Positions 54,090 to 63,744 of a DNA stretch of 64,000 nt are shown piece after piece; within the stretch, counting starts at the first letter, position 1; the number at the start of each line of letters is the position of its first letter. A program made the position numbers and the translations under genes. Source of the stretch: a virus (Duplodnaviria; Caudoviricetes); the IMG/VR virus record IMGVR_UViG_3300032327_000460, positions 1-64,000 of that record. One strand, 5' to 3'. The notes below the pieces were generated by a model. That model was not told the origin of the DNA. It ran no database searches and was given only the letters and a program-made list of their open reading frames with translations.

Positions 54090-54142
54090 TTTTTTCTCCT
54101 ATAAGCAAGTTATGACTGTGTGAGCCCGACTATCGGCGCTCA
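54090..54142 (-). promoter_or_regulatory. ROSE-like RNA thermometer 5' UTR of hsp20
   Basis: CUUGCU-UAU-AGGAG SD hairpin with bulged G, plus an upstream hairpin. Confidence 0.6.
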
Positions 54143-54191
54143 ATACTATTTATTATATCAGAAAACGCAAAAAAATATATTATTTTGTAAA

Positions 54192-54407
54192 TCAATATTC
54201 TTTTTTGGGGAGACTTTGATCACGTAAGTATTTCTGCCAGCGTCTTTTTGCCTGGCTTTTTGCAAGTTTGCGCTGGACAGTGGGCTTGACAAACTGTTGT
54301 CTGTCACGCACTTCCTGCAGTAACCCGGAATCAGCAATTTTCTTTTTAAATTTTCTTAATGCTTTTTCTAGGTTGCCGTCTTGCAATAATACTTTTCTAC
54401 CACTCAT
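54192..54407 (-). CDS. rpsU: Ribosomal protein bS21
   Basis: LEKALRKFKK..GLLQEVR.RQ.FVKPT..RK. Confidence 0.93.
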   Translation of the reverse strand: MSGRKVLLQDGNLEKALRKFKKKIADSGLLQEVRDRQQFVKPTVQRKLAKSQAKRRWQKYLRDQSLPKKEY

Positions 54408-55606
54408 ATTAACGATTTTGGCTCCAAAACTAAATCTCTATTTATATTTATCTCAGTAACATTATTTTCACGATACTTTTTAGTGTTAAACATATGTGGC
54501 ATCAATGTTCTTTCAATTTCGGTATGAAGTCCTCGTGCACCAGTTTTTAACCTTAGACAATTTTCTGCTAACTGATCCAGTGCGCCATCATCGAAATCTA
54601 ACACAATATCATCTAAACTGAGCAAATACTTATATTGGTCAATGTAGTTGTTCTTAACTTCTGTAAGAACCTTAAGAAGTTCTTCTTTAGTCAAATCACT
54701 TACACTTACTGTAGTAGTGAAACGTCCGATGAATTCAGGAATCATACCAAATCGCACTAAGTCATCGGGAGATACATTAGTCAATGCTGACTCTTTATGA
54801 TTGTCTTTAATTTCTGCACCAAAGCCAATGCTTGTACCATTCTCACGGTTGTTGATAATTTCTTTTAATCCAACAAACGCACCACCTGCAATGAACAGAA
54901 TGTCTTTTGTATTAATCTCAAGCATATCGCCGCCGGGGTGTTTGCGCCCACCACTTGCCGGGATACGACATACCGTACCCTCAACTAATTTAAGTAGTGC
55001 TTGTTGAACGCCCTCACCTGACACATCACGTGTGATACTAGCACTCTCACCTCGACGGGCAATTTTATCAATCTCGTCAACGAATACAATGCCACGCTCT
55101 GCTAGTTTAGGATCGCCGCCGGCGGCATTGACCAGCATATTAATCATTGATTCAACATCATCACCTACATAACCTGCTTCAGTGATACTCGTAGCATCTG
55201 CAACAACAAAGGGGACTTCTAAGTATTTTGCTACGGTCTTGGCAAGCAATGTTTTACCACTGCCGGTAGGACCAATCAATAATACATTACCCTTAGAGAT
55301 TTCTAAGTCTTTTGGTGGTTTGTTAATACGTTTATAGTGATTAGCAATAGCTACGCTCAATACACTTTTAGCACTATCTTGACCAATAATATGCTGGTCT
55401 AAGAATTCTTTGATTGATTCAGGGTCGTATGAGGAAGTATGTGCTTTGGAGTCTAACTTAACAATCTCATCGTCAGTCATTAATTTACCACATAAGTCCA
55501 CACACTCATTACAAATTGCCACATCTTCGCTGACAATTAGTTTTTTAACTTTATCTTTGTGTTTACTGCAAAAGGTGCAATGATTTAATTTAGTTTCTGT
55601 TGACAT
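54404..55606 (-). CDS. clpX: ATP-dependent Clp protease ATP-binding subunit
   Basis: C4 Zn finger, GPTGSGKT, DEIDK, IGF loop, TGARGL. Confidence 0.97.
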   Translation of the reverse strand: MSTETKLNHCTFCSKHKDKVKKLIVSEDVAICNECVDLCGKLMTDDEIVKLDSKAHTSSYDPESIKEFLDQHIIGQDSAKSVLSVAIANHYKRINKPPKDLEISKGNVLLIGPTGSGKTLLAKTVAKYLEVPFVVADATSITEAGYVGDDVESMINMLVNAAGGDPKLAERGIVFVDEIDKIARRGESASITRDVSGEGVQQALLKLVEGTVCRIPASGGRKHPGGDMLEINTKDILFIAGGAFVGLKEIINNRENGTSIGFGAEIKDNHKESALTNVSPDDLVRFGMIPEFIGRFTTTVSVSDLTKEELLKVLTEVKNNYIDQYKYLLSLDDIVLDFDDGALDQLAENCLRLKTGARGLHTEIERTLMPHMFNTKKYRENNVTEININRDLVLEPKSLI

Positions 55607-55630
55607 AGTTCTACTTATCTGTTTTGTTAT

Positions 55631-56605
55631 TCACTTACAACTTTCATGTCCCACAACATTTAGTTCAATTCGTTCTATTGATTTTAGTGCATCACTAGTG
55701 TTTGATGGACGAATTCTTATCACATTGGTTTCTATTTGATTACCATAAATTGTAAGAATATCCCCTGTAGAATACACACCGGGTTTTCTTCCCGTAAATG
55801 ATTCTGGTAAATAACATTGCTTGTAAAAAATATTATTATTTTGATCGGTTATTGTTAATTGTATTCTAGGCGTATGTTCTACGAACCGATTAGTAACATA
55901 GTTCATGGTTACTACATCATTAAATTTATAATGATTCTTTTTTCCAAGAACATAATCTTTAGGATTCTTTGCCATCACTATAATATTTCCAGGACTTGTC
56001 TTAAGAAATCCATTACTGCCATCTTCTAACAAGGATAATGTTTCATTCAATGATTCAATATAATTATAGTTCCAGTAAAACTTAAATGGTACTTCAATGA
56101 AGATATTACGATTGGTATCAACACCGAATGTATGTTGACCTTGTTCAACTATGAATGCTTTTTTTGGATAGTCATTCAATACAGAACGCAATAATCTATC
56201 ACCATTATTTTTTGATTGTATAAAAGTTTCGTATCGGGTACTATGAGTTTGATTGTCAAAGATTTTAGGATTAGTACTAGTACCTAAAATTCTGTTTGCA
56301 ATTTTACTAGACGAAACCCATACATCTACAATGATAACTACATTATTATTGTATGTGTTGGTGTTAATAATTTTATAATTATCAACATAACCGGCACTAT
56401 AATTAATAATGTCATTACGGATAAGTTTATTATCTTTCGACTCCTGTTCATTAACTAGAACGGAACCAATTTGTAATTCTACCGCAGTTTTAAATGCGTT
56501 GTCTTTAGCCTGCTGTAGTGTACTTCCAACGCCTTCTACACGAATGGATTGTGCTAATACAACATTACAAAACAGGCTTAGTAATACAATTAGGTATCTC
56601 ATCAA
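55631..56605 (-). CDS. Secreted protein with LPP20/FlgT-N-like domain
   Basis: signal peptide; VEGVG...AK.NA...AVE. Confidence 0.55.
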   Translation of the reverse strand: MMRYLIVLLSLFCNVVLAQSIRVEGVGSTLQQAKDNAFKTAVELQIGSVLVNEQESKDNKLIRNDIINYSAGYVDNYKIINTNTYNNNVVIIVDVWVSSSKIANRILGTSTNPKIFDNQTHSTRYETFIQSKNNGDRLLRSVLNDYPKKAFIVEQGQHTFGVDTNRNIFIEVPFKFYWNYNYIESLNETLSLLEDGSNGFLKTSPGNIIVMAKNPKDYVLGKKNHYKFNDVVTMNYVTNRFVEHTPRIQLTITDQNNNIFYKQCYLPESFTGRKPGVYSTGDILTIYGNQIETNVIRIRPSNTSDALKSIERIELNVVGHESCK

Positions 56606-57270
56606 TTGCCGAAACGCTTACGCATATATGATGCGGCTCGCTCATTGTTTTGATCCCAACGAATAACTGCACGTACAGTTTGTCTATCTACAATATCGGC
56701 TTCTTTGAGCATTGCCCCACGCAATTTGCCTTCTGCATTGTTACGAATGCTCTCACTCAGTGTACGTACAACTTCATTATTATTCTCACGCACTGCAAAG
56801 TTAGTATCCTTTGATGCATCTTGATCACTCATTTCAACTACTTCGTCAGCACTAATACGATTCTTAATACGGTCTTGAGCTTTCTCTACATTCTTGGTAA
56901 TAGTATTGGCAAAGTTACTAGAACTAACGCCCTCATTCATAAAACGAATTAATCGTGCTTTAGCATCCATTTCTGCGGCAATAAACGCTCGTTCACGCAA
57001 TGCCTCGCTATTGCCAAAACTGTTTGCATATCCTGTAACTTCAATTGATTGAATATTACCCTTGACACACATTGCGTCGGTCATGCCAAACATGCCTGTT
57101 CCCCAAGCACATGACCATTCAATTTTAATACCCTGTCGTTTAAAGCTTGAAGTAAGTTTTTGTGCATTGATAGCAGTGATTGGAGCAGACTCCACACTTG
57201 CATTTTTGTTAGTTGACGAACATCCAGCCAACACTAATGCTACTGAGATCGCTAAAAGTTTGAATTTCAT
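56602..57270 (-). CDS. Lipoprotein (LPP20-like)
   Basis: lipobox LAGC. Confidence 0.75.
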   Translation of the reverse strand: MKFKLLAISVALVLAGCSSTNKNASVESAPITAINAQKLTSSFKRQGIKIEWSCAWGTGMFGMTDAMCVKGNIQSIEVTGYANSFGNSEALRERAFIAAEMDAKARLIRFMNEGVSSSNFANTITKNVEKAQDRIKNRISADEVVEMSDQDASKDTNFAVRENNNEVVRTLSESIRNNAEGKLRGAMLKEADIVDRQTVRAVIRWDQNNERAASYMRKRFGN

Positions 57271-57302
57271 ATTGACCTTATAAGGTAGTTAAAGATAGAC
57301 TT

Positions 57303-57331
57303 ATTATACACTATCTTTAATTATTTGTCAA
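57303..57331 (-). promoter_or_regulatory. sigma70 promoter
   Basis: TTGACA-17-TATAAT. Confidence 0.8.
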
Positions 57332-59070
57332 CGATTTTGGTTGATTTTGTTAATTTTTAGGTAATCTTCTATCTGAGATTTTTCGTTTTCGGATAGTAAT
57401 TCAGGGTCGTACTCACCCTTTTCAAGTACTTCTATTAAGTATTCAAGGTATTTGGTGTTATAAAGGTATGTATTGGATGTTTCCTTATTGATGTTTATCC
57501 AATTACCACCATCAAATTTGTAAACCTTATTTGGTAAAACGTCTACCCTAGTGAATATATCACCCTTATCAGCCACATCCGGAAATTTAGTTCCAAAACT
57601 ACTATTAACGGGTTTATTAGCATCAGCCGATAATCTTAAAAATTCAGGATGCATACTAAATAATGCATCTTTGTTCATATGCTTACCCTCAAATGAAACA
57701 TATCCTCCGGGCAATTCCCTATAAGGTAAGTCTTGTTTCACTTCCATGGCGTGAATGTCTTCAATTTTAATTTCTGTGTCAGCAGTAATTTCATCATTAA
57801 ATGGTTCATCCAATGTGAGTTCCAGTTGTTCATTTATTACAGTTGATTCCGAAATAGGGTCTGTTTCAGATTTGTATACTACTGGTTGTAAGTTTTCAAA
57901 ATGAGAGAACCCGTTATTCAAATAAGGATGTTGTTCTAATATAGACTTTTCTGGTTCAGCAGTTTTAATTTTGTCATCTGGCTCTACGAATATCCATTCT
58001 ACGCCGTTGGTATTATCCAGTATAACGCACTCTGTGTTAGGGCAGAAATTACCTATACCGGGTGCATTTAACAATTCTGTACCACATTGATAGCAGTTTA
58101 TTGGTTCTTCTGGTAACAATTCTGATTTAGTAATCAATTCACTGTCTGATACGTCATCTGTAACAGATTCTTTTATCTGTGAGATTTGTTCTTCCGTTAA
58201 TGTCCCATCATCTGGTTCATACTTAGAATCTACAATTTCCTCTTGTTCTTGTATTGGTTTTTCTACTGCATCAGCCACAATGTCTGATGATGCCAAGACT
58301 TTACTTTCTTTTTCTTCTCTAGCCCATCGAATACTTTGTTGAGCCGCCAAGATCAATACAAGTGCAAGTGGGTCAAACACTGCCACAATAATAATGATAA
58401 CAAGTCGTACTGCTTTGTCTAATATATCGGCATCTGGGTTATCACCGTATACCAATGCCGCAATATATTTTAATGGTCCAACTTCGGCTTCAACGTTACG
58501 TATCTCGGCGGCAATAGGCGCACGGGCCTCATTGAGTTCCGCGATAGACTTTTGCGACTGTGATATTTCATTTTGAATGCGACTACGTTCTTTCTGCTGG
58601 GACTTACGCATAGCCACTGCTCTTTCAGCACCCGTTTCTGTTGTTGAGCGACCCAATACTTGATCCACTCCCTCATCCATCTGTTTAAGTGCCTTACGGT
58701 TTGCTTCAATATTCTCTTTTTCGGTTTTGATTTTTTCATCATATACTGCAATCTTTGCTTGTACATCACCGGATACTAAACCAGAGTCACTGTGTGCTTT
58801 ACTAAGATATCCAAAACATCCAATACTGGTTAAAAGCATAAGGATAGCAACAGCGGGAACTAGGTACATCTTGTATACCCATGAAGCACGGTGCCAATTT
58901 AGTTTTAGCCATACAGCCGCGGTTATTTTACCAACACCTAATGCCGCACCCATAATTACAATGGGCCAGAAAGCCGATGAAAAAATTGCTGTTAGTCCAA
59001 TAATACTGTAGTATTCGGCAATTGAACTAATGATTAGTGCCACTAATAGGGTAAAGTATCCGTATATCAT
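57328..59070 (-). CDS. Polytopic membrane protein with coiled coil and acidic C-terminus
   Basis: N-terminal TMs, heptads, CxxC..CxxxxC motif. Confidence 0.7.
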   Translation of the reverse strand: MIYGYFTLLVALIISSIAEYYSIIGLTAIFSSAFWPIVIMGAALGVGKITAAVWLKLNWHRASWVYKMYLVPAVAILMLLTSIGCFGYLSKAHSDSGLVSGDVQAKIAVYDEKIKTEKENIEANRKALKQMDEGVDQVLGRSTTETGAERAVAMRKSQQKERSRIQNEISQSQKSIAELNEARAPIAAEIRNVEAEVGPLKYIAALVYGDNPDADILDKAVRLVIIIIVAVFDPLALVLILAAQQSIRWAREEKESKVLASSDIVADAVEKPIQEQEEIVDSKYEPDDGTLTEEQISQIKESVTDDVSDSELITKSELLPEEPINCYQCGTELLNAPGIGNFCPNTECVILDNTNGVEWIFVEPDDKIKTAEPEKSILEQHPYLNNGFSHFENLQPVVYKSETDPISESTVINEQLELTLDEPFNDEITADTEIKIEDIHAMEVKQDLPYRELPGGYVSFEGKHMNKDALFSMHPEFLRLSADANKPVNSSFGTKFPDVADKGDIFTRVDVLPNKVYKFDGGNWININKETSNTYLYNTKYLEYLIEVLEKGEYDPELLSENEKSQIEDYLKINKINQNR

Positions 59071-59125
59071 TTGTCACTTTTATTTATGCGAATTGTCTGG
59101 CAATTCTACTTGACTAAACTACATA

Positions 59126-59353
59126 TTATGGGAATAGGTGACCATAATGTTCGTGAAACTGATTCCATTCTAATACGAACTTGGCAGGAACTCCTGGGCC
59201 CGTATTTGTTGAATACGTAACCCAGTATTGTTCTTCATCACGGCGTTTAATTTGAACGACAGTAATACTATTACCATCTTCGAATGTGTAGGTCTTACCC
59301 ACACATCGTTGCATTTCTTCCGTCATCATAGTACTTTGCCAATACCCATCCAA
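59126..59353 (-). CDS. Hypothetical protein
   Basis: ORF; true start probably internal. Confidence 0.55.
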   Translation of the reverse strand: MDGYWQSTMMTEEMQRCVGKTYTFEDGNSITVVQIKRRDEEQYWVTYSTNTGPGVPAKFVLEWNQFHEHYGHLFP

Positions 59354-59550
59354 ATCAGCCGATCCAGGTCAAGTTGATAGTCCTGCCCAAGTCTACGCTT
59401 TTCATAGATAATCTGCAGGATCTCTTTGCCATCACCGAACCCCGGTTCAACTCCTGCACCTCGGCTTTCTAATTCTTCAATTAAGTCATCAGTGTCAAAA
59501 TCTGACAAGTCAACTTCAACTTCAACTTCGGTGTAAATTGTTTTATACAT
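59326..59550 (-). CDS. Hypothetical protein
   Basis: ORF. Confidence 0.7.
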   Translation of the reverse strand: MYKTIYTEVEVEVDLSDFDTDDLIEELESRGAGVEPGFGDGKEILQIIYEKRRLGQDYQLDLDRLIWMGIGKVL

Positions 59551-59558
59551 GATTAATC

Positions 59559-60653
59559 TTATTTTGTATTATGGTATATATCAAACCGTGACCACTGTCC
59601 ACGCCAGTTATCATGTTCACTGTCCATACCTTCATCACTTAGTTCTTCACCGTCGTATACTAATCGTGTGACTACACTTGTGCCTTCAATGTCCCAGTTG
59701 AGTGCTTTAAGTTTCTTAGGTTCAAATACACCCTCAATACTTGTTTGAATACAAGAACCTTTGCCACCTTGTGTCCACATCAACCAATAGCCCTTACCCA
59801 AATGTTCTGGATATAATTCTTCTACTTCTTCTGTAGCATCATAAAGACTATCTTCTTCCCCGTGTGCTTCACCAAAGAATGATTCCAAATCACCTTCATA
59901 GATAGTTTCACCTTCGCTATTCTCAATAGTCATGTGAGTATCATCTTGGTCAAAGCCCCAAAATGAATGTTTACCCTGATACTCATAGTAAGGCAAGTCA
60001 AACTGTGCGGCTTTAGGAGTACCATTTTCTTCGTAATCATAGTTTTCGTTAAGGGCATCACTCAAATCATCTTCGTGTTCTTCACTACTCCAATGTTCGT
60101 ATTGTGCCTTCTTAATCTTATGTACACCAATCTCACGTGTACGACCCCAGATACGAATTGTATAGGTATCTTCGGGATAACTTTCTTTTAATGAGCCATC
60201 ATCGTCATCATCGTTTGCAAAGGGCCATTTAGCAGTTTCTACAAAATCGCTATCTGGAGTAGGCCAGTGTGTAGAAGTTTTATCTTCAGTTGACAATGTT
60301 TCAAACTCTCTTTTAAGTTCTTCAAGGTCTGCTTCCAAATCAGCCTCATTAACTGGTTCCCCTACATTGTACCAACTTGACTCATCACCTAGTTCATAGG
60401 TAACATCATATCCACCTTTACGGTCAGTCCAGCAGTCATCATATTGAAATTCCCATTCAATCTCTACATCATTTTCATGTGCATCATTGATAACTTCTTC
60501 GTAATCAACTTCACCTGATTGAATGTCTGTGAGTTTTTTTGCAATCTCATCCTCATCCAAATCAGGGTAGATTTCACTTAATAGTGCTTCATCAAGTTCA
60601 ATAGCATATTGGCGATCATGTTGATGCCATTCATGTTTTACGATTGTTACCAT
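59559..60653 (-). CDS. Highly acidic hypothetical protein
   Basis: SD AAGGA. Confidence 0.75.
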   Translation of the reverse strand: MVTIVKHEWHQHDRQYAIELDEALLSEIYPDLDEDEIAKKLTDIQSGEVDYEEVINDAHENDVEIEWEFQYDDCWTDRKGGYDVTYELGDESSWYNVGEPVNEADLEADLEELKREFETLSTEDKTSTHWPTPDSDFVETAKWPFANDDDDDGSLKESYPEDTYTIRIWGRTREIGVHKIKKAQYEHWSSEEHEDDLSDALNENYDYEENGTPKAAQFDLPYYEYQGKHSFWGFDQDDTHMTIENSEGETIYEGDLESFFGEAHGEEDSLYDATEEVEELYPEHLGKGYWLMWTQGGKGSCIQTSIEGVFEPKKLKALNWDIEGTSVVTRLVYDGEELSDEGMDSEHDNWRGQWSRFDIYHNTK

Positions 60654-60663
60654 GGTAATTTCC

Positions 60664-60903
60664 TTATTTAAAATATTTCACATCTTTGTGTTTAACAATT
60701 ATAACATTGTATATTGTATTTTCAAACTTAATTGGCAAATCTAAATGCACACTAATACGAGGGCCCTCGGTCTCATTAACCAATGTGTCGTTGCCGACAG
60801 TACCAACAAAAGGAATTTTATTCCATTTGCCAAAAACGCGGTCACCGATATCGTATTTTGATTGATATCGGTGTAGCTTGAAATATTCAGCTAGACTAGG
60901 CAT
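60664..60903 (-). CDS. SH3-like hypothetical protein
   Basis: IGDRVFGKW. Confidence 0.65.
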   Translation of the reverse strand: MPSLAEYFKLHRYQSKYDIGDRVFGKWNKIPFVGTVGNDTLVNETEGPRISVHLDLPIKFENTIYNVIIVKHKDVKYFK

Positions 60904-61173
60904 TTATTTAACTCCAAAATGTTTTTTACTTTTTTCTACCAATTTGGTAAAGTGTAAAATCTTACCTTCGTGCCATGCAACATCAAAATCATTACAGGCT
61001 GTAGATTTATATCCTTCAACTAGTTCAATTTCTGTTTTCAAAATGCCAATAAATTCCTGCACAATCAACTCGGCGAACTTTTCTAATTCGTCAGTGTAGA
61101 ATTGATACACGCCTAGATTTTGTTTATGTGTTGAACCAGCCTCGTCAGCAAGTTCTCGAATTCGTTCGTTCAT
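60904..61173 (-). CDS. MNERI-family small phage protein (paralog 3)
   Basis: MNERI..KFAELIVQE..HFGVK. Confidence 0.75.
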   Translation of the reverse strand: MNERIRELADEAGSTHKQNLGVYQFYTDELEKFAELIVQEFIGILKTEIELVEGYKSTACNDFDVAWHEGKILHFTKLVEKSKKHFGVK

Positions 61174-61176
61174 ACC

Positions 61177-61362
61177 TTATCCCTTTTGTGGTTCTAGACA
61201 ATATTTTTCATCCAACTGGTTAATGTTGGTAAATCCCATTCTCAACCAAAGTCGTTCTCGCATAGTCAACCAATGCGGTGTTCCATCACGGCAAATCAAC
61301 AACGGTCCATCAATGTGATTCCATTTGATATGTGGTTCGCTATCTGCTGTATATTGAATCAT
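61177..61362 (-). CDS. Hypothetical protein
   Basis: ATGA-coupled ORF. Confidence 0.65.
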   Translation of the reverse strand: MIQYTADSEPHIKWNHIDGPLLICRDGTPHWLTMRERLWLRMGFTNINQLDEKYCLEPQKG

Positions 61363-61565
61363 TCTTCAACTCCGAAATGTTCTTTCATTCCCTTAGATAA
61401 ATCCTCTCGCCAAAGAACATTGAAGTCTCTAACATAATCTTCATTGAAATATCTAACACATTCCCGAACAATCAACTCGGCGAACTTTTTAGAATTAAAC
61501 CAAGGAGGACCGTACTGTCGTGCTTCCCAGCACTGTGCTTCAAGTTCATTAATTCGTTCGTTCAT
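61359..61565 (-). CDS. MNERI-family small phage protein (paralog 4)
   Basis: MNERI..KFAELIVREC..EHFGVEE. Confidence 0.75.
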   Translation of the reverse strand: MNERINELEAQCWEARQYGPPWFNSKKFAELIVRECVRYFNEDYVRDFNVLWREDLSKGMKEHFGVEE

Positions 61566-62344
61566 TTTCCATTCTTTCGTTTGATGACAATGTTTACCTT
61601 AAACCCTGCTTCTTTTGTTGCTTTGTATTTCGCTAAGTTCTTTTGTTTGTATTTGGTCCAGGTGTATAACGACTTCACTTCAATTATTTGATTAAGTTTA
61701 GGAAGATATATGTCAGGGTAATATCTACAAATTTTTCCTTCAAATTCATATTGAATGTGAGGAACATTACCAGGACCTGTTATTATATCATCTTCGTGTA
61801 TACCTGCTTTCAACAAATCTTCAATTACTAGATTTTCAAACCCTTGATACCTAATTGTTTTACCACTTGCTAATGTCATTGTTTTGGTCGAATACTCTGA
61901 CTTTGCCCTAGATACAAACGCCTTATGAAAAATGTCAACATTCTTTGTGGGATTGTCAACACCATATTTTTCAGTCCAAGTCACTTTTCTTCTTTCTGAA
62001 AACTCAGAAGTCTTATTATAACTGTCTACGCCATATTTGTCAACCATTGTCACTTTTCGTTTAGCATCAATGATTTCCCATTTGTCTTTTATTTTTTGTG
62101 CTATTGCCGGTGCTTTAGATGGGTTATCAACGCCGTATTTTTCTATCCAGGTCTTTTTCTTCCGTTCTTGGACATCGCTCATTTGACTTACATTAGTAAC
62201 GCCGTACTTCTTTAACAAAGTCTGTTTTTTCTTTTCCTGAACACCTGGACATTTTTTGACACTCTCTAAACAACACCATTTCTTTGACTTCTCATTAAAG
62301 AAAAAACCTTCACCACTACACCCATATTCACAAGTATGTTTCAT
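61562..62344 (-). CDS. Free-standing homing endonuclease-like protein (KYGVxN repeats + PD-(D/E)xK domain)
   Basis: four K.T...KYGV.N/S repeats; YYPDIY..IIEVKS; start revised to ATG 62344 (SD GGAGG). Confidence 0.75.
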   Translation of the reverse strand: MKHTCEYGCSGEGFFFNEKSKKWCCLESVKKCPGVQEKKKQTLLKKYGVTNVSQMSDVQERKKKTWIEKYGVDNPSKAPAIAQKIKDKWEIIDAKRKVTMVDKYGVDSYNKTSEFSERRKVTWTEKYGVDNPTKNVDIFHKAFVSRAKSEYSTKTMTLASGKTIRYQGFENLVIEDLLKAGIHEDDIITGPGNVPHIQYEFEGKICRYYPDIYLPKLNQIIEVKSLYTWTKYKQKNLAKYKATKEAGFKVNIVIKRKNGK

Positions 62345-62390
62345 AATACCTCCGTACATATATTTATGCCTTTGAGGGTATTATGATGGT

Positions 62391-63740
62391 TTATTTATCT
62401 TCTCTGAATGTTTTGAATCTCGGGAATCGCAATGAATAACTACCATCTTGGTTTCGGGTTATGGCGTCCGCTAAAACGACAGCAGTCTGACCAATAACAC
62501 TATTTTTGTCATCCCAATATGCTTGCCGTTCTTCATCCGTATAACCTGAACCAACATTGACTGTTATATGCTTACCATCGTCAACACCCTCGCAAACAAG
62601 GGCGCCCATACGACCAATATTCTTGCCAGTACCTTCTTCAACACCAATAACTGTCAAATCATAATCATAGACGGGTTTATATTTCATCCACGAGGTACTT
62701 CGTTTACATTCATAAGGTGCATCAGTTGCTTTTACCATTACACCTTCAAATCCGTCAGCAACCATATCTTTGCAATACCGATTGAATTGATCCTTGCCGG
62801 CAGCGGTGTCAAGGTCAACCATAATGTGCGGCAATAGTTCAACATTAGGCATATTGTGAATCACAGGACGCATGTTATCAAGCAGTGCAATTCGCCTACG
62901 CAGTTGAGCATTCCAGTGACCACGCCTAAAGTCTTGTAGTGGGATAACATCAAAGATATTAAACACACTGTCATCGGCTTGCACATCACTCTTGCGGCGC
63001 GCCTGTCGCATCAGTTCTTGGAATGTATTGCCGATTACCTCACCATCTAATACAAAACCTTCCATAAGACTACGACCTTGATCTACCCCTGCACATGCAC
63101 GAACCAATGTCAAAAAGTTGTTGCGAATCTGTTCTTCGATGTGACCAAAGTTGTCAAACTGTTTGCCGTTGCGACTAAAACAAATGACAGTAATTTCTCC
63201 GTCATCACTAGGAATAACCATGAACAATGCACGAACACCATCTAATTTAGGCTCAAGGCGCTTAGTGCCCTTCATTTCAGGACGACCTTCACTGTTAGTT
63301 GCAAGTTGACAACCAAAGATTGGAATCTCGTAATCAGTACCTTTACAAATTTTGTTGATTGTTTTATCACTAATGCCTGCCCGCATGTCTCTACGCAATA
63401 CAGGAGCACAGAATGTATTCCATTCTTCACTGTCAAAACGCTCTGCCATTTCTTGAATAGCATCACGTGCGGCATGACCTGTCAATCTACGTTGACTAAG
63501 TTGTAGCAGTAGTTCATTGAATTCAGTCCAGGGATTTTCTGCATCAGTGATACCTACTGTATCAGTAATCTGTTTGACACCAAATGTCACGTATGGATTA
63601 TAGCAGGCTTTGAGAAAACCCAAAAACACTTGACTGTTTGTGCTACCGAGGACACTTGCTTCTAGTGCTTGTTTGATAACATCTTCCTTATGCAGGCGGC
63701 TATCTGATTCATTTAATTTTCTTACCCACGATGCTGACAT
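62391..63740 (-). CDS. ATP-dependent DNA ligase
   Basis: EPKLDGVR, LDGEV, EGVMVK, K.KP, SLRFPRF. Confidence 0.96.
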   Translation of the reverse strand: MSASWVRKLNESDSRLHKEDVIKQALEASVLGSTNSQVFLGFLKACYNPYVTFGVKQITDTVGITDAENPWTEFNELLLQLSQRRLTGHAARDAIQEMAERFDSEEWNTFCAPVLRRDMRAGISDKTINKICKGTDYEIPIFGCQLATNSEGRPEMKGTKRLEPKLDGVRALFMVIPSDDGEITVICFSRNGKQFDNFGHIEEQIRNNFLTLVRACAGVDQGRSLMEGFVLDGEVIGNTFQELMRQARRKSDVQADDSVFNIFDVIPLQDFRRGHWNAQLRRRIALLDNMRPVIHNMPNVELLPHIMVDLDTAAGKDQFNRYCKDMVADGFEGVMVKATDAPYECKRSTSWMKYKPVYDYDLTVIGVEEGTGKNIGRMGALVCEGVDDGKHITVNVGSGYTDEERQAYWDDKNSVIGQTAVVLADAITRNQDGSYSLRFPRFKTFREDK

Positions 63741-63744
63741 TTTT

